Program-made: the position numbers and the translations under genes | DNA from: Octopus vulgaris | Taxonomy: Eukaryota | Reading direction: 5' to 3' | DNA length: 64,000 nucleotides | NCBI GenBank assembly: GCA_951406725.2 | Contig: OX597821.1 | Coordinates: forward strand, 61,938,001-62,002,000 | Shown here: one piece after another, positions 43,435-56,817 of the stretch | How positions within the stretch are numbered: the stretch's first letter is position 1 | Layout of the letters: each line of letters begins with the position of its first letter | The notes under the pieces: generated by a model | What the model saw: the letters and a program-made list of their open reading frames with translations, nothing else | Databases searched by the model: none | Told to the model about the DNA's origin: nothing

Positions 43435-43712
43435 ACTATCTTGACCGACCAGGCCCTCCTAAAGTCGTATCTCTACCATCGTTGAGGCCTTTCGGGTGGT
43501 CGTTTCCGCTCGCGCGGGTACCACTTGACGGCTGCGCGGGTCCAACGATTATCGGTGAGCCGGGCGATGTGTCCAGCCCATTTAAACTTGATACGTGGAT
43601 ATTCTACGATGACACCCCTAATGCCGGACTTCTCTCTGATGACCTCGCTACTGATGTGCTCTCTCAACGAGATTCCAAGCATTGTCCTCTCCATGGCTCT
43701 TGAGCCGTTACC
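43435..43712 (-). mobile_element. RTE-clade LINE C-terminal fragment (second family)
   Basis: RAMERTMLGISLREHI...IKFKWAGHIARLTDNRWT...WYPRERKRPPERPQRW is a typical RTE C-terminus. Confidence 0.9.
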
Positions 43713-43749
43713 AAGATATTGAAGATATATACATACATAAACACACAGA

Positions 43750-43803
<54 letters not shown>

Positions 43804-43859
43804 GAATACTAAAAACTATATAGTTAACATTTACAGAAGACAAAATACGAAGATAAGTA

Positions 43860-43945
43860 TGGGGACAACAGATGTATTAGTTGTTTGAAGTTCAGGAAGA
43901 ATGTAAAAAGACGTTTCGAGCCTATGCTCTTTAACAGAAAGGGCT
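43860..43945 (-). mobile_element. PLE-type terminal fragment with a hammerhead-like motif
   Basis: Reverse complement reads CTGTTAAAGAGCATAGGCTCGAAACGTC...CCTGAAC..CTAATACATC. Confidence 0.55.
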
Positions 43946-43994
43946 GGGAAAAAATGGAGGAAAATAAGTATGTAAAGATTAATGGTTAAACATG

Positions 43995-44030
<36 letters not shown>

Positions 44031-44049
44031 TGTATAATGTGTGTGTATG

Positions 44050-44100
<51 letters not shown>

Positions 44101-44104
44101 TTAA

Positions 44105-44222
44105 TTATGCTCTAGGTACAAGGATCGACATATTGCGGGAGAGGGACAGTCGATTAGCTCAACCTAAGTATGCAAATGGTACTTAATTTATCGACCCTGA
44201 AAGGATGAAAGGCAAGGTCAAG
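44105..44222 (-). mobile_element. SINE family A 3' fragment
   Basis: GGTACTTAATTTATCGACCCTGAAAGGATGAAAGGC. Confidence 0.8.
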
Positions 44223-44299
44223 TGTTCATCTCCAGTATAGTCTTACGAAATATTGATGCATGGAAGAAAAAAAAATGTTTTCTATAGCTTTATTACCCT

Positions 44300-44339
<40 letters not shown>

Positions 44340-44340
<1 letters not shown>

Positions 44341-44811
44341 CGGTAATAACTTAAAATAATTTATGACCAGTGGTTAGCATGCATAAGTAAAAGTCATACT
44401 ACGTAACATATTTAAAAAAATGTAAAAGTGTATAGAATACTTCTTTTAACACAAGGAGACCATTGACAGGATTCATTACATGCTAAAAAGGCCAGTTAAA
44501 ATCTAAACCACAGAAAAAAATATAGAATTCATGAGGCACGCCGAACAAAATGCTTTAAATTTACTTATTTACTGCTGGACTACATATTTAGTCCAGCAGT
44601 AAATAAAGATGAAGTGTTTTCGGTACGTATTTGCAACTACATAATTATTCATTCATTAGCGATCAGACTAATTCATTTTTTTGTTAGTTTTATAAACAGC
44701 GGGTTTCATGAATTCTTATTTCTTCGTGATTTAGGTTTTAACTGGCGCCTTTTTAGCACGTAAGTTGTCCTTTCAATGGTCTCCTCTTTGTGTATAGAAT
44801 TATTCTATTCA

Positions 44812-44815
<4 letters not shown>
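44340..44815. mobile_element. Foldback-type element in a (TA)n tract
   Basis: Imperfect ~115 bp inverted arms (44427-44543 and 44697-44814) around a perfect 18 bp hairpin at 44565-44606. Confidence 0.7.
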
Positions 44816-44855
<40 letters not shown>

Positions 44856-46706
44856 CGCACGTATATATTATGTATGTATGCAAAATCCGATCGTGGATGC
44901 AGTTTCACACACTCACGCAAGCACACATGCACACCTGCACACACAGGTGCTATCACTAACACACCTATCTGATTCACTTCATATACCCCACCCTCTAAAC
45001 CTTTTTTCTTGCGAAACGTTTCCATCTACTTCACCATAAACTATTATACCACCTCTCCCTAAATTCCCTTTTTATGTCATTCGTATGAACTCAAGCAGTA
45101 AACCTGTTCAACTCACCTATATCTCCTCCATTGTCTTAACGACATTAGCATCGGAATGATCACTCCCTTCTGAAAATTGCCGTCATTTGGCCACTCCATC
45201 TTACATCTCAAACATTTTTACCAGTGTTTTGCAATATTTAACTTTCGAGAATTCTCTTAACACAACATTTGGGTTTTCTCTCATTTGTGCATCTTTCTTT
45301 AAGTTTTTCTTACGTAAGTAAACGGAGGGCTGTCATAGAGGTTCCGTTCCATCATTTCATCACCCCACCTTCATTCTTCACCAGCATATATTCACTTCTA
45401 TGGCAGGTACAGGTTCGCAAGTTACATGCATATTTTTTAACATTGTGATACTGAGGATATACACCAATGACCATATCAATGCATCTCTAACTTAAGCCAC
45501 TGCATATCCACATTTGGAGACTTCTTCATACAAAAGTACAAGTACGATAATCCCCATTATGCCCGCCTCCCGACGCGGAATGGGCACAATTTGCAGATAC
45601 ACACCTTACATTCCTGACTTCGAAACTCAGGAAGAATAAAGCTTTCCCAACTGGTTTTTAAACCCTCTCTCTCTCTCTCTCTCTGTCACACATACACTGA
45701 CTATTACTCTTTCCAATGGTTTATGCTTTACGACGTTTTGTCTTCATTAAGTGTTAAGCAAAACTGTTGTCATTTTATACACACATGTACATACACACGT
45801 GTTTGTATATATATATATGCTTATGCGTGTTGGTATATATATCATATGCACAGAGAACGAAACTGAATGTGTGAAATTAAGACTTGAAAGTAAAGAAAAT
45901 ATTATTATTGATCATTCGGGCATTATTCCAGTTCTTGGCAGAAACTGAAGAAGAAACTCAAGAACGGAACGGGAATGGAAAGACAAAAAATTTATATAGA
46001 AGACATGGAAAGAGAAGTGAAAAAATTCAAAGCGGATACGAAAGAAAAGGGAACGAAATAGAAAAAACAAGAAGGCAGGAAAATAAGAAGGGAAAAGACA
46101 GAAAACGAAAGAAAGATGAAAGAAAAGGAAGAAAAGACGAAATAGAAGGCCTCGGGATGTGAAACGTTGTAACATACAGAAAACGAAATCCAGTTTGCCT
46201 GACTGGGAATCAGCATTAATTTGCTGAGTTGAGTTTCATAATGAAGATCCAGGATACCTTATGTTATGTAATACTAACAGCGTCTAAGTTTGCGTAGAAT
46301 GTTTAAATTGATAACCATGAAATTGCAAAAATATCTACACATCGATATCACAGTATCAATAGCAAATTATTAATTTAACACTTCAATGGCATGAAAAACA
46401 ACTGTTTTTAATCATGCGGCGGTTAGTCATATATCTGACAAAAACGGAAACAGAGCTTAATATTGGCAAAAAGAGAAAATGGAGATATTTACGAAAACGG
46501 AGAGCAGAACAAATGAAAAATTGAAGTACGGAAGGATGAGAAGTAAAGAAAAAGGATAATACATAAGACAGGAAAAGAAGGCAGATAAGAAACATGACCA
46601 ATGTCACAAGAGTATTTAACACACGTACACACATACGTACGCACAAACATATGCACGCACGAACGTACACAGACACCCCCCATACATACATAAATATATT
46701 TATATA

Positions 46707-48100
46707 CAGCCGTCCTCAAAATTGTTCATACCCCACGGAAACTAATATTCTTTTTTTAGATTTTTCATTTGTAACAGCTATTATGTCGGTACTTCCTGTG
46801 TATCTCCTGTCTACTTGTTACTATGTACAAATCCACATGAGTTTGCTAAAGTTCATTTGCATAATAATAGATATGGTCTAAAGATTTTTTTTTGCACATG
46901 TTCAGAATTATTCATACCCTTGTTTTCACTTCCTGTGAATATGCTAATATTTGTCCTATAATTATTTCCAGAAGAGTATAAATAGAATATAAATAAAGTA
47001 TAATTAGAGGAAAAGTGTTCTCTTTATTCTCACTTTCTGATCATCATGGCCCAAAAGAAAGAGCTCAGTGATGACCTACACCAACGACTTGTGTGTTCCC
47101 GCAGTGTGGGAAAGGGTTAGAAAGCCGTTTCAAAGCAGTATGATATCCCTGTGGCAACCGCCCCGATCATAATGATAAAATATAAGAGTTTCAAAACTGT
47201 TAAAAACCAATGTGTGCATGGCAGCAAGATTAAGGTGTCTCCCAATCTTGTCAGGAAAATCTGCCGAGAGGTCAGCAACAACCCACAGATCACAACCAAG
47301 TCTCTAATTGAAACGCTTGACTAGGTAGAGATGAAGGTGTCACGTTTTACCATTGAGCGATTCTTGCACGGATGAGATCTCCATGGTTGTATGCCTCGCA
47401 AGACGCTGCTGCTCGGGAAGAAACATCTGGAGGCTCGCCTGGCCTTTGCTATAGGTCATTTGAGGCAAGATCCAAGCTTTTGGTCAACTATCCTGTCGTC
47501 TGATAAACCAAAGTTGGAGTTATTTGGCCATATGGCTGCTGAATACGTCTGGAGGAAGAAAGGAGAAATCTACAAGGCAAAGAACACTGTGCTCACCGTC
47601 AAACCTGTTGGAAACATAATAGTATGGGCATGATTTTCTTCCAGTGTCACAGGGAACTTTGTCAAGGTCCAAGGAATCAAGAGAAAGGTGGATTATATCA
47701 GGATCGTTGAGGAAAACATGAGGGAATACGTTGAGAAACTCTGAGTCGGCCACAAATGTAAGTACCAGCAGGACAATGATCCGAACATACCAAATGATTC
47801 GAGGACTATGATGTCAACATTGAGAATGGCCAAGTCAGAGTCTTGGCCTGAATCCAATTGATAAATTGTGGCGAGGCTTGAAGACCAGAGTGTTGGCTAG
47901 GAAACCGACCAAAACTGATCCTGCTGGAGGCTTCTGCCGAGGAAGAGTAGGCCAACATACTACAGGAGACATGTAAGATGTTTGTGGACATGTACAAGAA
48001 TCGTCTGGAAGTAGTCATAAAAGGAATTTTATGCTATTGACTATTAAAGAAAGATGTTGGACTCAGTATACGTAAGTTAAGAATAATTTTGAGGACGACA
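46707..48100 (+). mobile_element. Tc1-family IR/DR DNA transposon with a transposase pseudogene (47046-48047)
   Basis: TA|CAGCCGTCCTCAAAATT left end with direct repeats AATT(G/A)TTCATACCC at ~46720 and ~46906. Translation MAQKKELSDDL...FWSTILSSDKPKLELFGH...QQDNDP...WPSQS..LNPI...YAIDY*. Right-end remnant GAATAATTTTGAGGACGAC. Confidence 0.92.
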
Positions 48101-48226
48101 CACATACATACCCACACACATATACTCACACACATATACACGCACTCACACACATATATACATGCATACATACATACATACATACATACATACATACATA
48201 CATACATACATACATACATGCATGCA

Positions 48227-48261
<35 letters not shown>

Positions 48262-48263
<2 letters not shown>

Positions 48264-48725
48264 CGTCCAGAAATTAAGGCCACACATTTTTTTCAGTTTT
48301 GTTATAACTCGAGGTCCGACCGTTGCAATGCAATGGTAAAGGTCTTGGCGCAATTTCGCGTTTACAGCGCAGAGCGAATCTTAATGATTGCTCGAGAATG
48401 TCCTCTCCAAAATGGATCAAACAGAAAAATCCAGTGAGTTCGAGGTTTCCTGAGAGCCATACATCTTTGCCTATGAACGGAACGACGGACTGTGTTTTTC
48501 TGAATCCAGTGTTGTGTCCATTTAGAGCTGTAAGATTGTGCTGTGTTCTGTTGGAGGTTCCAAATTGCACCTTAAAATTGCTCATTCGCCCATGGAACTA
48601 GTACCGCTTTCAGAATATCGCTAAAGTATGGCAGGGTGTTAATTTTAACATCCGGGAGCACAAAAACGAGGAGAGATTTCCAGTAGTTCTCACAGCCGCC
48701 CAAACCATACCTGACTGTCGATTTT
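48262..48725 (-). mobile_element. DD37D (maT/Bmmar1-like) transposase 3' remnant
   Basis: Minus-strand SGMVWAAV...LLVFVLPDVKIN...DILKAVLVPWANEQF..WNLQQNTA...TQHWIQK...FIGKDVW...DFSV*SILE. Confidence 0.8.
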
Positions 48726-49639
48726 GATGTTGATTTATGAATCTACCCTCGATAGAATCAAATACACTCAAAGTCGGTCAATTTGGCGGTTTACAGTCCA
48801 TTCGATGTCAAATTTCTTTTTTTCATTTTGTCTATAACTGTATTACATTCGCCTCTTTTGTGGAAGATTATGATTGGATTTCGGTCTATCGCCATTATTT
48901 AAATTATAAATCTGAATTTATTTAGTCCGAACCAAAAAGAAGATATAACTCAGCTTGTATAATGATGTATAATTTTCATATCTTATCACATCTATTGATA
49001 GTTAAAACCGGAAAGTTTGGTTGCCTTAATTTTGAGTCATATATTGATATTTTAAATATATTTATTGACAGGTTTTCATTGGCAAACCAATTGAAAAAAT
49101 ATGCATTATCCACAAGTGATTGTCAGTCTGTCATACTTTATTCCAGAGCAATCTACATCAATAACATTATCACCGGTATATAAATTTATACCCCTTTTAT
49201 TTGAAATCAATTAGAGACGGACCAATTTAAGAAAGTCTTGGCCCTTCAGCCACTCTAAATTTTGCCGGTTATTACCAAAACCAAATACAGACCCAGATAC
49301 GAACACACATTTATATTTTGGTATTCGTGTGCATATGCGAGTATGATTGAAATACTGTTTTCGAGCTTCTGAAAACAACATTTGTTGACGGATACTGCGA
49401 TTCGTTTCCTTTGACTTCGCTAACTTGCTTTCTTTAGAATTGGATATCTTTGATAAATGTTGACTTGTTCTGGTTACACTATATGAAAGAGAATTGTATA
49501 ATCACATTCTGATATTTCCATGGAAATAAAATACCATCCTACGAAAATGCCAGTTTGCATATCTACAATGACAATTATTGAAAACTTCAATAATTCGAAT
49601 GCAGTTTATTACATTTGAATGCAGCAATGACGAAAATTT

Positions 49640-49657
49640 GTTTCCATGGTAACCAAT
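49640..49657. promoter_or_regulatory. RFX X-box consensus with an adjoining CCAAT
   Basis: GTTTCCATGGTAAC-CAAT. Motif match only. Confidence 0.35.
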
Positions 49658-50576
49658 GTTTTGAGAGATTACTGAAGTTATTGGATTTCTATATTGATGG
49701 GTAATGAATTTAAAATGTATGTTATGCTGAGTATGCATATTTTTCGGAATACTATGATAATTAATATTATATACATTCTTCGAAATATGATAAATTTTGA
49801 TTCTTATATCTCAGATTTCCTTCACAGTATCTTTAAAATACATTTTGTCATAACTGAATTATTACCTTTTATCGGTTACCTGAATAAAATACCCCATCGG
49901 TTACATGATATATTCCTGTCAGATTAATGCAGTAAACACGAATAGCTTTGAATTATAAAACTCACTCCAGTTATAATCAGCAATTTTAGATGAGGTCATT
50001 TCATATGTTAGTATAACGCTTAAGAAACACACAAAAGTAAAATTTCATTTTACTTCACATAAATATAATAAAATAAGAATAAAATTCAATGATTTCATTG
50101 AAATGTATTGATTTACTGCCTCAGGTATACCACACAATAAGAATTTGCATATTTCTGTTATATAGAAAAATAGATGAGGTTTAAAACAATAAATTTTAAA
50201 ATACGCCATCTCTTGTCAAATAATCTGCTCTGTTGCTCTAATTCCGTATTCACTGCAGCTTGAAATTTTCAGTCGCTCTTATATAAAAGTATGAAATATT
50301 TGCACCAATCTGCACGCCATTACGTACAACTTAACTTTCTATGAATCTTAAGATGGTAAGTGTTAGGTTACTGAGATGTTAACGACAATTAAGTAGTGTG
50401 TGAATTGTGTGCTTCTGCATGCACAGAAAGCTCTTAACACAATACTTTGATTCATATTTACGACATTTAGCTCTGCTTAACAACTTATGTTTAAGAATGA
50501 ATAGACTGAATAACATCATTTCAATGAAACGAAATGAATTCGAATTTTCATATATATATATATATATGTATGTATG

Positions 50577-50620
<44 letters not shown>

Positions 50621-50744
50621 TGTTTGTATGTGAGTACGTGCGTATACTTCTATATTTTAAAGATGACATCTATAGCGTAAAAGGAGTTGGAATGAATATT
50701 CATTACATCTTACTATAATATACATGTATACATATGTATGTGTA

Positions 50745-50844
<100 letters not shown>

Positions 50845-51965
50845 CATATTTTGAAAGGAATGAAAATTGCATGTCACCAGTTTGACAATGTTGCTGATTA
50901 GGATTTGTATTAACCAATCTCCTTTACCTTCATTGAACTGAATATTCTTTACTTACAACAATATATCGAAATATCAAGAAAGAAAGATAATAATCATGAA
51001 GTGTGTACGAGAGAATTATTTCCCCTTTCAGCATGATTCAGTTACATACACACAAATACACAAACTTGCACGCCATGAACACATGTTTGAACAGACACAT
51101 ACACAAATGCACCGATGTGTCCCTGCATTGATGCACTGTTTAAGTGCTTTTATCTTTAAAATCCTCACATGTCTACAAAAGACATTTAATGGATGTGTGT
51201 AAATACCTGCACATACACATATATTTATTTATATTTATATAATCACATGTAGGTGTGCTGCACATGCACATAGATTCATATCAGTGTGGTTGAATCTGTG
51301 TAATAATTGATGCCTGTGTATCTGTATAGATGAGCTGCACTACATATTATGAGGTTATAATCGCTTAAAAGATTTTCTGTCAGTTATTGCGTAAGGGAAG
51401 CAATACCTCCACAGGTAGCCCATGTATTGAAGGTTCTTATAGTTCTTTAGCCACGCTACTCTCAGTCTCGGCGAGAGAATACCTTGTTAATTATCTTTTC
51501 TGAAATTCCCTTTGTTGTCATCACATCATATCGTGGCTGGTGTTGTTAATGTTCTTTTGTCTTCTTTTGATTCTTTTTGGTATTGGTATTTTTCTCGCTA
51601 TTTTTACTCTGTCGGTGTCCTTATTTTGCTCTAGAATGAATTTGATTGTGAAATCGTAAAATCAAAAAATATTAATACTCCTCAGAAACCCTGTTATATA
51701 TCCAGCTGTATTATGTACATACATTGCATTATTTGGTGTAGTTTTTCATACTCTGATATTAATGTAAAACTATAATTTTTCACGTCTTAGTGAAAATACT
51801 AATATAACAGTGGACTTCAGAACTAAGTTCTCAAGATTCCATGACTGTAACGTACCTCTCAAAAAATCAAGATTTCATATCTATAGCCACATGTAGAGTT
51901 TATAAGTTGTCTCGGAAAGGTTAGTGTATAAGGGGGATCTCACCCCTGAAGTGCACGTAAAATAA

Positions 51966-52020
51966 AATCATAACAGAGTGATGAACCAAATCATAACAGA
52001 GTGATGAACCAAATCATAAG
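51966..52020 (+). repeat. 23 bp tandem duplication
   Basis: AATCATAACAGAGTGATGAACCA twice plus a partial third copy. Confidence 0.85.
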
Positions 52021-52269
52021 ACAATAAGGGTTTCACAGCAAGATGAGTGACACATCTAACGCACTCCAAGTGGCAAAGTAACGATAATCAACTTCATGGA
52101 AGATACCTCTCATATATTTTTAATTAAACCATGATTAACATCCAAAGACGAAAGAAATAGCACTGAGAGTGAGCTAAGAGAAGCGAATGTTTTCTTAGCG
52201 AGTAAGACATCTCGTTGTTATTATAACGTCAAACTCAATGGAAATGCTTCTCTGAAAACTGAGAACAAA

Positions 52270-54110
52270 CTTTTACTTCTAAATATTTGCGAAACGTAAA
52301 CATTCTATTAACCTAGAAGATTTGAAAATGTTGTGCAGAAACGGAAATTAATGAATCTTGATACTATGGAAATAGCTGAAAGTGGATGAAGTCTTGATAA
52401 TAGAATTGAAAGAATAAATCACACAACGATGAATTGTAGTGGAAATAGCACAGAAAATGAGTGGAAACAATAATGAACAATCTTGGAAGAAAACCACTAA
52501 TTGGATAATTTGGAATTGAGCGTTAAAGGTAACAATGAGTAAAATCTTTAAATATCAGCATCGTACATGTATTACCTACGCGACAAGACACAATTAAAAA
52601 TATATAGAATAATTCTGCCAACAATTTCGAAACAGACCATACTTCAAGGCTAAATATACTATAATTATAAAGATAAATTTTAACGCAGATGACACTAAAG
52701 TAAACTAAGTGGACAACATGTTGTTATGGATTTGGTGAAAGAAACGAAATAGTAGACCGACAGATGTATTTGTTGAAAGCAATACTTTAACAGTCAAACA
52801 ACGACCAAGAATAATATAAATATTGAAGAGTGTTGGTGACACAAAAAAAGATATTAAATGGCTATATAAACTAACAATTTAGAAAGTGCTTGAAACTTGC
52901 AAAACAACATACCTTGTAGCAGTTATTTATTGAGACTGTTATCTGGTAGTAATTAAATTACAAACCAAACTTCAGTAAATGAACATGTTTAGAAGACGAG
53001 AATAGTTGAAATTGCTAAATCAGACAGAATATAAATAGAAATATAATGACGAAATTCAAAACAAGAAAGAATGTTTGCAAAACAGATAAATAAAAGAACG
53101 TTATGTAAAAGGTAAATAGAGGAAAAATGGATTGAACATGAAACTTGCATGCAAACACAACAAAAGCAATCTGCCTGAAAGTGAAAAGGACAGGAAGAAA
53201 ATGGATGCCTGATGATATTCTATTAAAATGGAAGAAATTCGTGTATAAATAACAAAAGAGATATAAAACTAAAATAAAGAGAATTGCTCTGAACATAGAA
53301 ATCAAACCAACAGTTTGATCCGAATGGTTAACAAGTAGTAGAAATAGTTAGTAAACAACATGAATTCTAAGAAATGTATGATAAGCTGAATTTAATTATA
53401 CATCACGAATGCATGAAGACACAAAGTCGTAAACTTAAGGACAAAAATGAAAGATACTGCAAATGGTGAATAAATAGGTTGAATACATGAAATATATGTG
53501 CAGAGATAAGAACATGAAGTTTGAGTCCCATATGGAAGTTGAGAATGGAAGCAAAATCTTAAAAGAAATAGAAACGATAATTAGTCCAATGAGAAATGCA
53601 GAGACACCTGGAACAGATAAACTGCCTGTAGAATTATTCAATGTGATAGATATTCCCATTCTAATAACAAGATTATGTAATGTCCTGTGACTGAATGGAC
53701 ACGTAAAATAACATGAAACAAAGTATTGCTCTTGCTTTACCCCCTCCAAAAAAAGGATTCACAGGTACACAATTTATAATGTAAGCCTCGTGTAACAAAA
53801 CTATTACTAAATATTATGCAACAAATGATTACAACTAGAATATAAAAAAACAATCAATCAAGCGCTAAGAGGTTTTGGACTATAATTTGTGAAATTGTAA
53901 ATGTGTATATAAGTTAAGATCTACATGTGAAAGAGGTTGAGATAGGAACGGTGAATATTTACATACGTTTCTACAGCGATAGCAAAGAATCTAATACATT
54001 AAATCTACAGAGATGATAGTGTACTGGAACTCAACATACATAATAACGAACATTTAATGAACAGTTGTTTTTGACTGATATCATGAGGTAAGCAGAAAGA
54101 TGACAGGTTA
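52270..54110 (+). mobile_element. Heavily decayed RTE-like LINE (APE endonuclease to RT start)
   Basis: NVNILL..RFENVVQ..LMNLDTMEIAE at ~52290-52380 (APE N-terminus) and ILKEIETII..MRNAETPGTDKLPVELF at 53555-53640 (RT domain 0). Many stops. Confidence 0.7.
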
Positions 54111-54201
54111 ACGACAGCAAAAAAAAATCAAACAAGTGTTTGTATATAATTGTTGGTTTACATATATGTATGTATGCATGTAAGTATATATATATATATA
54201 T

Positions 54202-54850
54202 ACAACTTATAAATAAGAGTAAACGAAAAAATTTCTAATGCCATATTTGTCATTAGAAATTTTTTCGTTTGCCCTTATTTATAAGTTGTTTATAATTTTA
54301 ACCTTTAAAGGTATTTTGTAATATGCTGGCCATTCATAAACATTTTTTCGAAAAAATTTTATCCTACATTAAATATAAATTTAAGTGTTCACTTCCGGAC
54401 ACTCTCATTCTGCGAGGGCCTCAGTTCAAATCGCACGTGTCTTGAATGGGCTGGAGTATTTCTATTTTGGATGTACTTGGGGTACTTAGTTGTGCTCATG
54501 ACTTAGTGTTTTGCTTCTTCCATGGGTATGAGTAAGTATCTCATTTATTTCTTTTGCCACATTTATCACTGACGAAGGGAGGGTTCTTACGAACTAACCC
54601 TGAAATCGGTCCGATATGGTAATAATGGAATTTTTTAGAGATTTCTGTCGGCCTTTTTTCGAGTAGCGTGCATATTGTGAAAAATTATATGGTAATGGAC
54701 AATATGTCCAATTTTTCGGCATATTTGGCATTAGAAATTTTTTCGTTTGCCCTTATTTATAAGTTGTTTATAATTTTAACCTTTTAAGGTATTTTTTAAT
54801 ATGCTAGCCATTCATAAAATTGTTTTCGAAGAAGTTTTATCCTACATTAA

Positions 54851-54855
<5 letters not shown>
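54202..54855 (+). mobile_element. Partial-tandem non-coding element with a type I hammerhead motif and a 5' inverted segment (PLE pLTR/retrozyme-like)
   Basis: About 135 bp direct repeats at 54243 and 54721, an inverted copy at 54202-54243, and a hammerhead at 54564-54616. (TA)n lies on both sides. Confidence 0.75.
54564..54616 (+). ncRNA. Minimal type I hammerhead ribozyme candidate
   Basis: TATCA-CTGACGA-AGGG...CCCT-GAAA-TCGG-TC-CGATA. Intact core and GUC triplet; stem I TATC/GATA has one mismatch at the junction. Confidence 0.65.
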
Positions 54856-54937
<82 letters not shown>

Positions 54938-55064
54938 CGTGTGTGTATGTGTGTATGTGTATGTACATGCGAGTGTATGTGTACGCATCTATCAATCTAT
55001 CTATCTATCTATATAATTAATGAAAGAAAAAGAAAGAAAATCAACAACGTGAGGACGTGGTACA

Positions 55065-55150
55065 TGCAAAGTATTAGCAGACGCTCTGGGCAGGGAAAAA
55101 ATGTGGTTTTACGTTTCAAGCGATGCTCTTCTTCAGAAACAAGAGACGGA
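55065..55150 (-). mobile_element. PLE-type terminal fragment with a hammerhead-like motif
   Basis: Reverse complement reads GTTT-CTGAAGA-AGAGC-ATC-GCTT-GAAACGTA-AAAC...AGAGCGTCTGCTAATAC. Confidence 0.55.
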
Positions 55151-56748
55151 GAAAACAAAACGGTGGGGGGGGGGGGGATCGCCAACGATCAACATTCCCG
55201 GAAGGGAATGGGTGAACAAAAAGTTCTTTCTAAGACAGGAGAGTGTAAGATGAGGAGGAATCTATGTGTATGTGTGGGTATGTGCGTGCGCACCTGTATG
55301 TGTGTTTGTGTGTGTATAATAGCATGCGTGTATGTGTGTATGTGTGTGGTGTTTGTGCGTGGTGTTGGCTGTTTATATGTGTACGTGTGAGTGAAATTTG
55401 TGTTGTAGGAAGAATTCAGCAGCATGGTAACAGGGGTGGTGGTCTTTTGTGTAATACGTGTGTGTATGTTGAAGAGTGTGTATAGAAAGATAGGTAATAG
55501 ACGTGAGTTTACGTAAGTTTGCGTGCATGTGTCTGAGTGCGTGAATGGTTATATTGCGTATAATTCTTAATCACTTATTTTCGTATTCATCATCCATACA
55601 TGTTCCATTGTTTTATGCCCTATGGTTTCAATTCATTAGCTGACACTATGACTACGTGTACGACTCTTCAAATACACATGTTTAGAGCATATAACAAGTA
55701 CACATATAACGACGGGTGTGTCATACATGAATACATATATTACGCGTATATGTATCTCATATCTACCCGTTTTTTCTCAGATACAAATTTAATCTTTACG
55801 TTTCCAATGCCATTGAATGTTCACAAATACATGATACAGTTCTTGAAAAATAATAAAAGTAGACATAAAAATCGTCAAATTTAGCCGTCCCACAAAATTA
55901 CTAGCCTTGCGCCAAAAGTTAACACCATTATTATAGACCTTTCTAACCCATTATTATAGAGCTTTATAACCTATTAACATCCAACATGGTTATTATTTTG
56001 AAATGAGTAGTATTTTATGCGTTCTATTTATCTATTATTAATTTGTCTACTGTGAATAGGATTATTTGATAGAATACCGGCTGTGTTTACCTTGAGATCA
56101 AAGCTTACTGACTATAAATTTGCTTTCTGGTGTCGATAAATGAAATACTAGTTAACTGGTTCTGTCGATCTCTAGTCCTGTGTTTTTTCGCTCTCTGTCT
56201 ATTTCCCTTTATATCGCGCGCGTGCACACATGTACCCCCCCCCCCCCACAAATACACTCGCGCACACGTACGCAACACTTTGACTACAGTTGTAAATATG
56301 TGACATAGATTTGAAACCCCGACTCAGGAGCAACCTACAAAATGTCCCTAATAAAACAACCAAACCTACGAACTCTAAATTCTAGCATCGCATAGCTATC
56401 TATCTCTTACTAATTTTATTGGCATAACACTATAAACTTGATATTATATATTCAGAGCAATAATTCATGCTTATTTTACAACCAACCTTAACATAACCTT
56501 TCTGTTTGACTGCTATTAATTTACTACCAAGCAGATTATATACACTGAATGCAATCTGAATTAGCCATCAGATATTACCATACAGGGAACTACATTTTTT
56601 CTCCTTTATGTAATATAGTTTTTCAATTATTTTATCTTTATTCAAACCCACATAATTGTATAGTCGCGTATGTATAAACATGAATGTAAACACACACATA
56701 CATTTGTGTATGTATATGTATATATATATATACGTGTGTGTTTGTGTG

Positions 56749-56817
<69 letters not shown>

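Noticed and set aside
45040-45660. Possible PLE endonuclease and hammerhead remnant
   Set aside because: Too decayed to support from sequence alone.
45884-46216. K/E/R-rich and F/S-rich ORFs
   Set aside because: Products of a purine-rich low-complexity tract.
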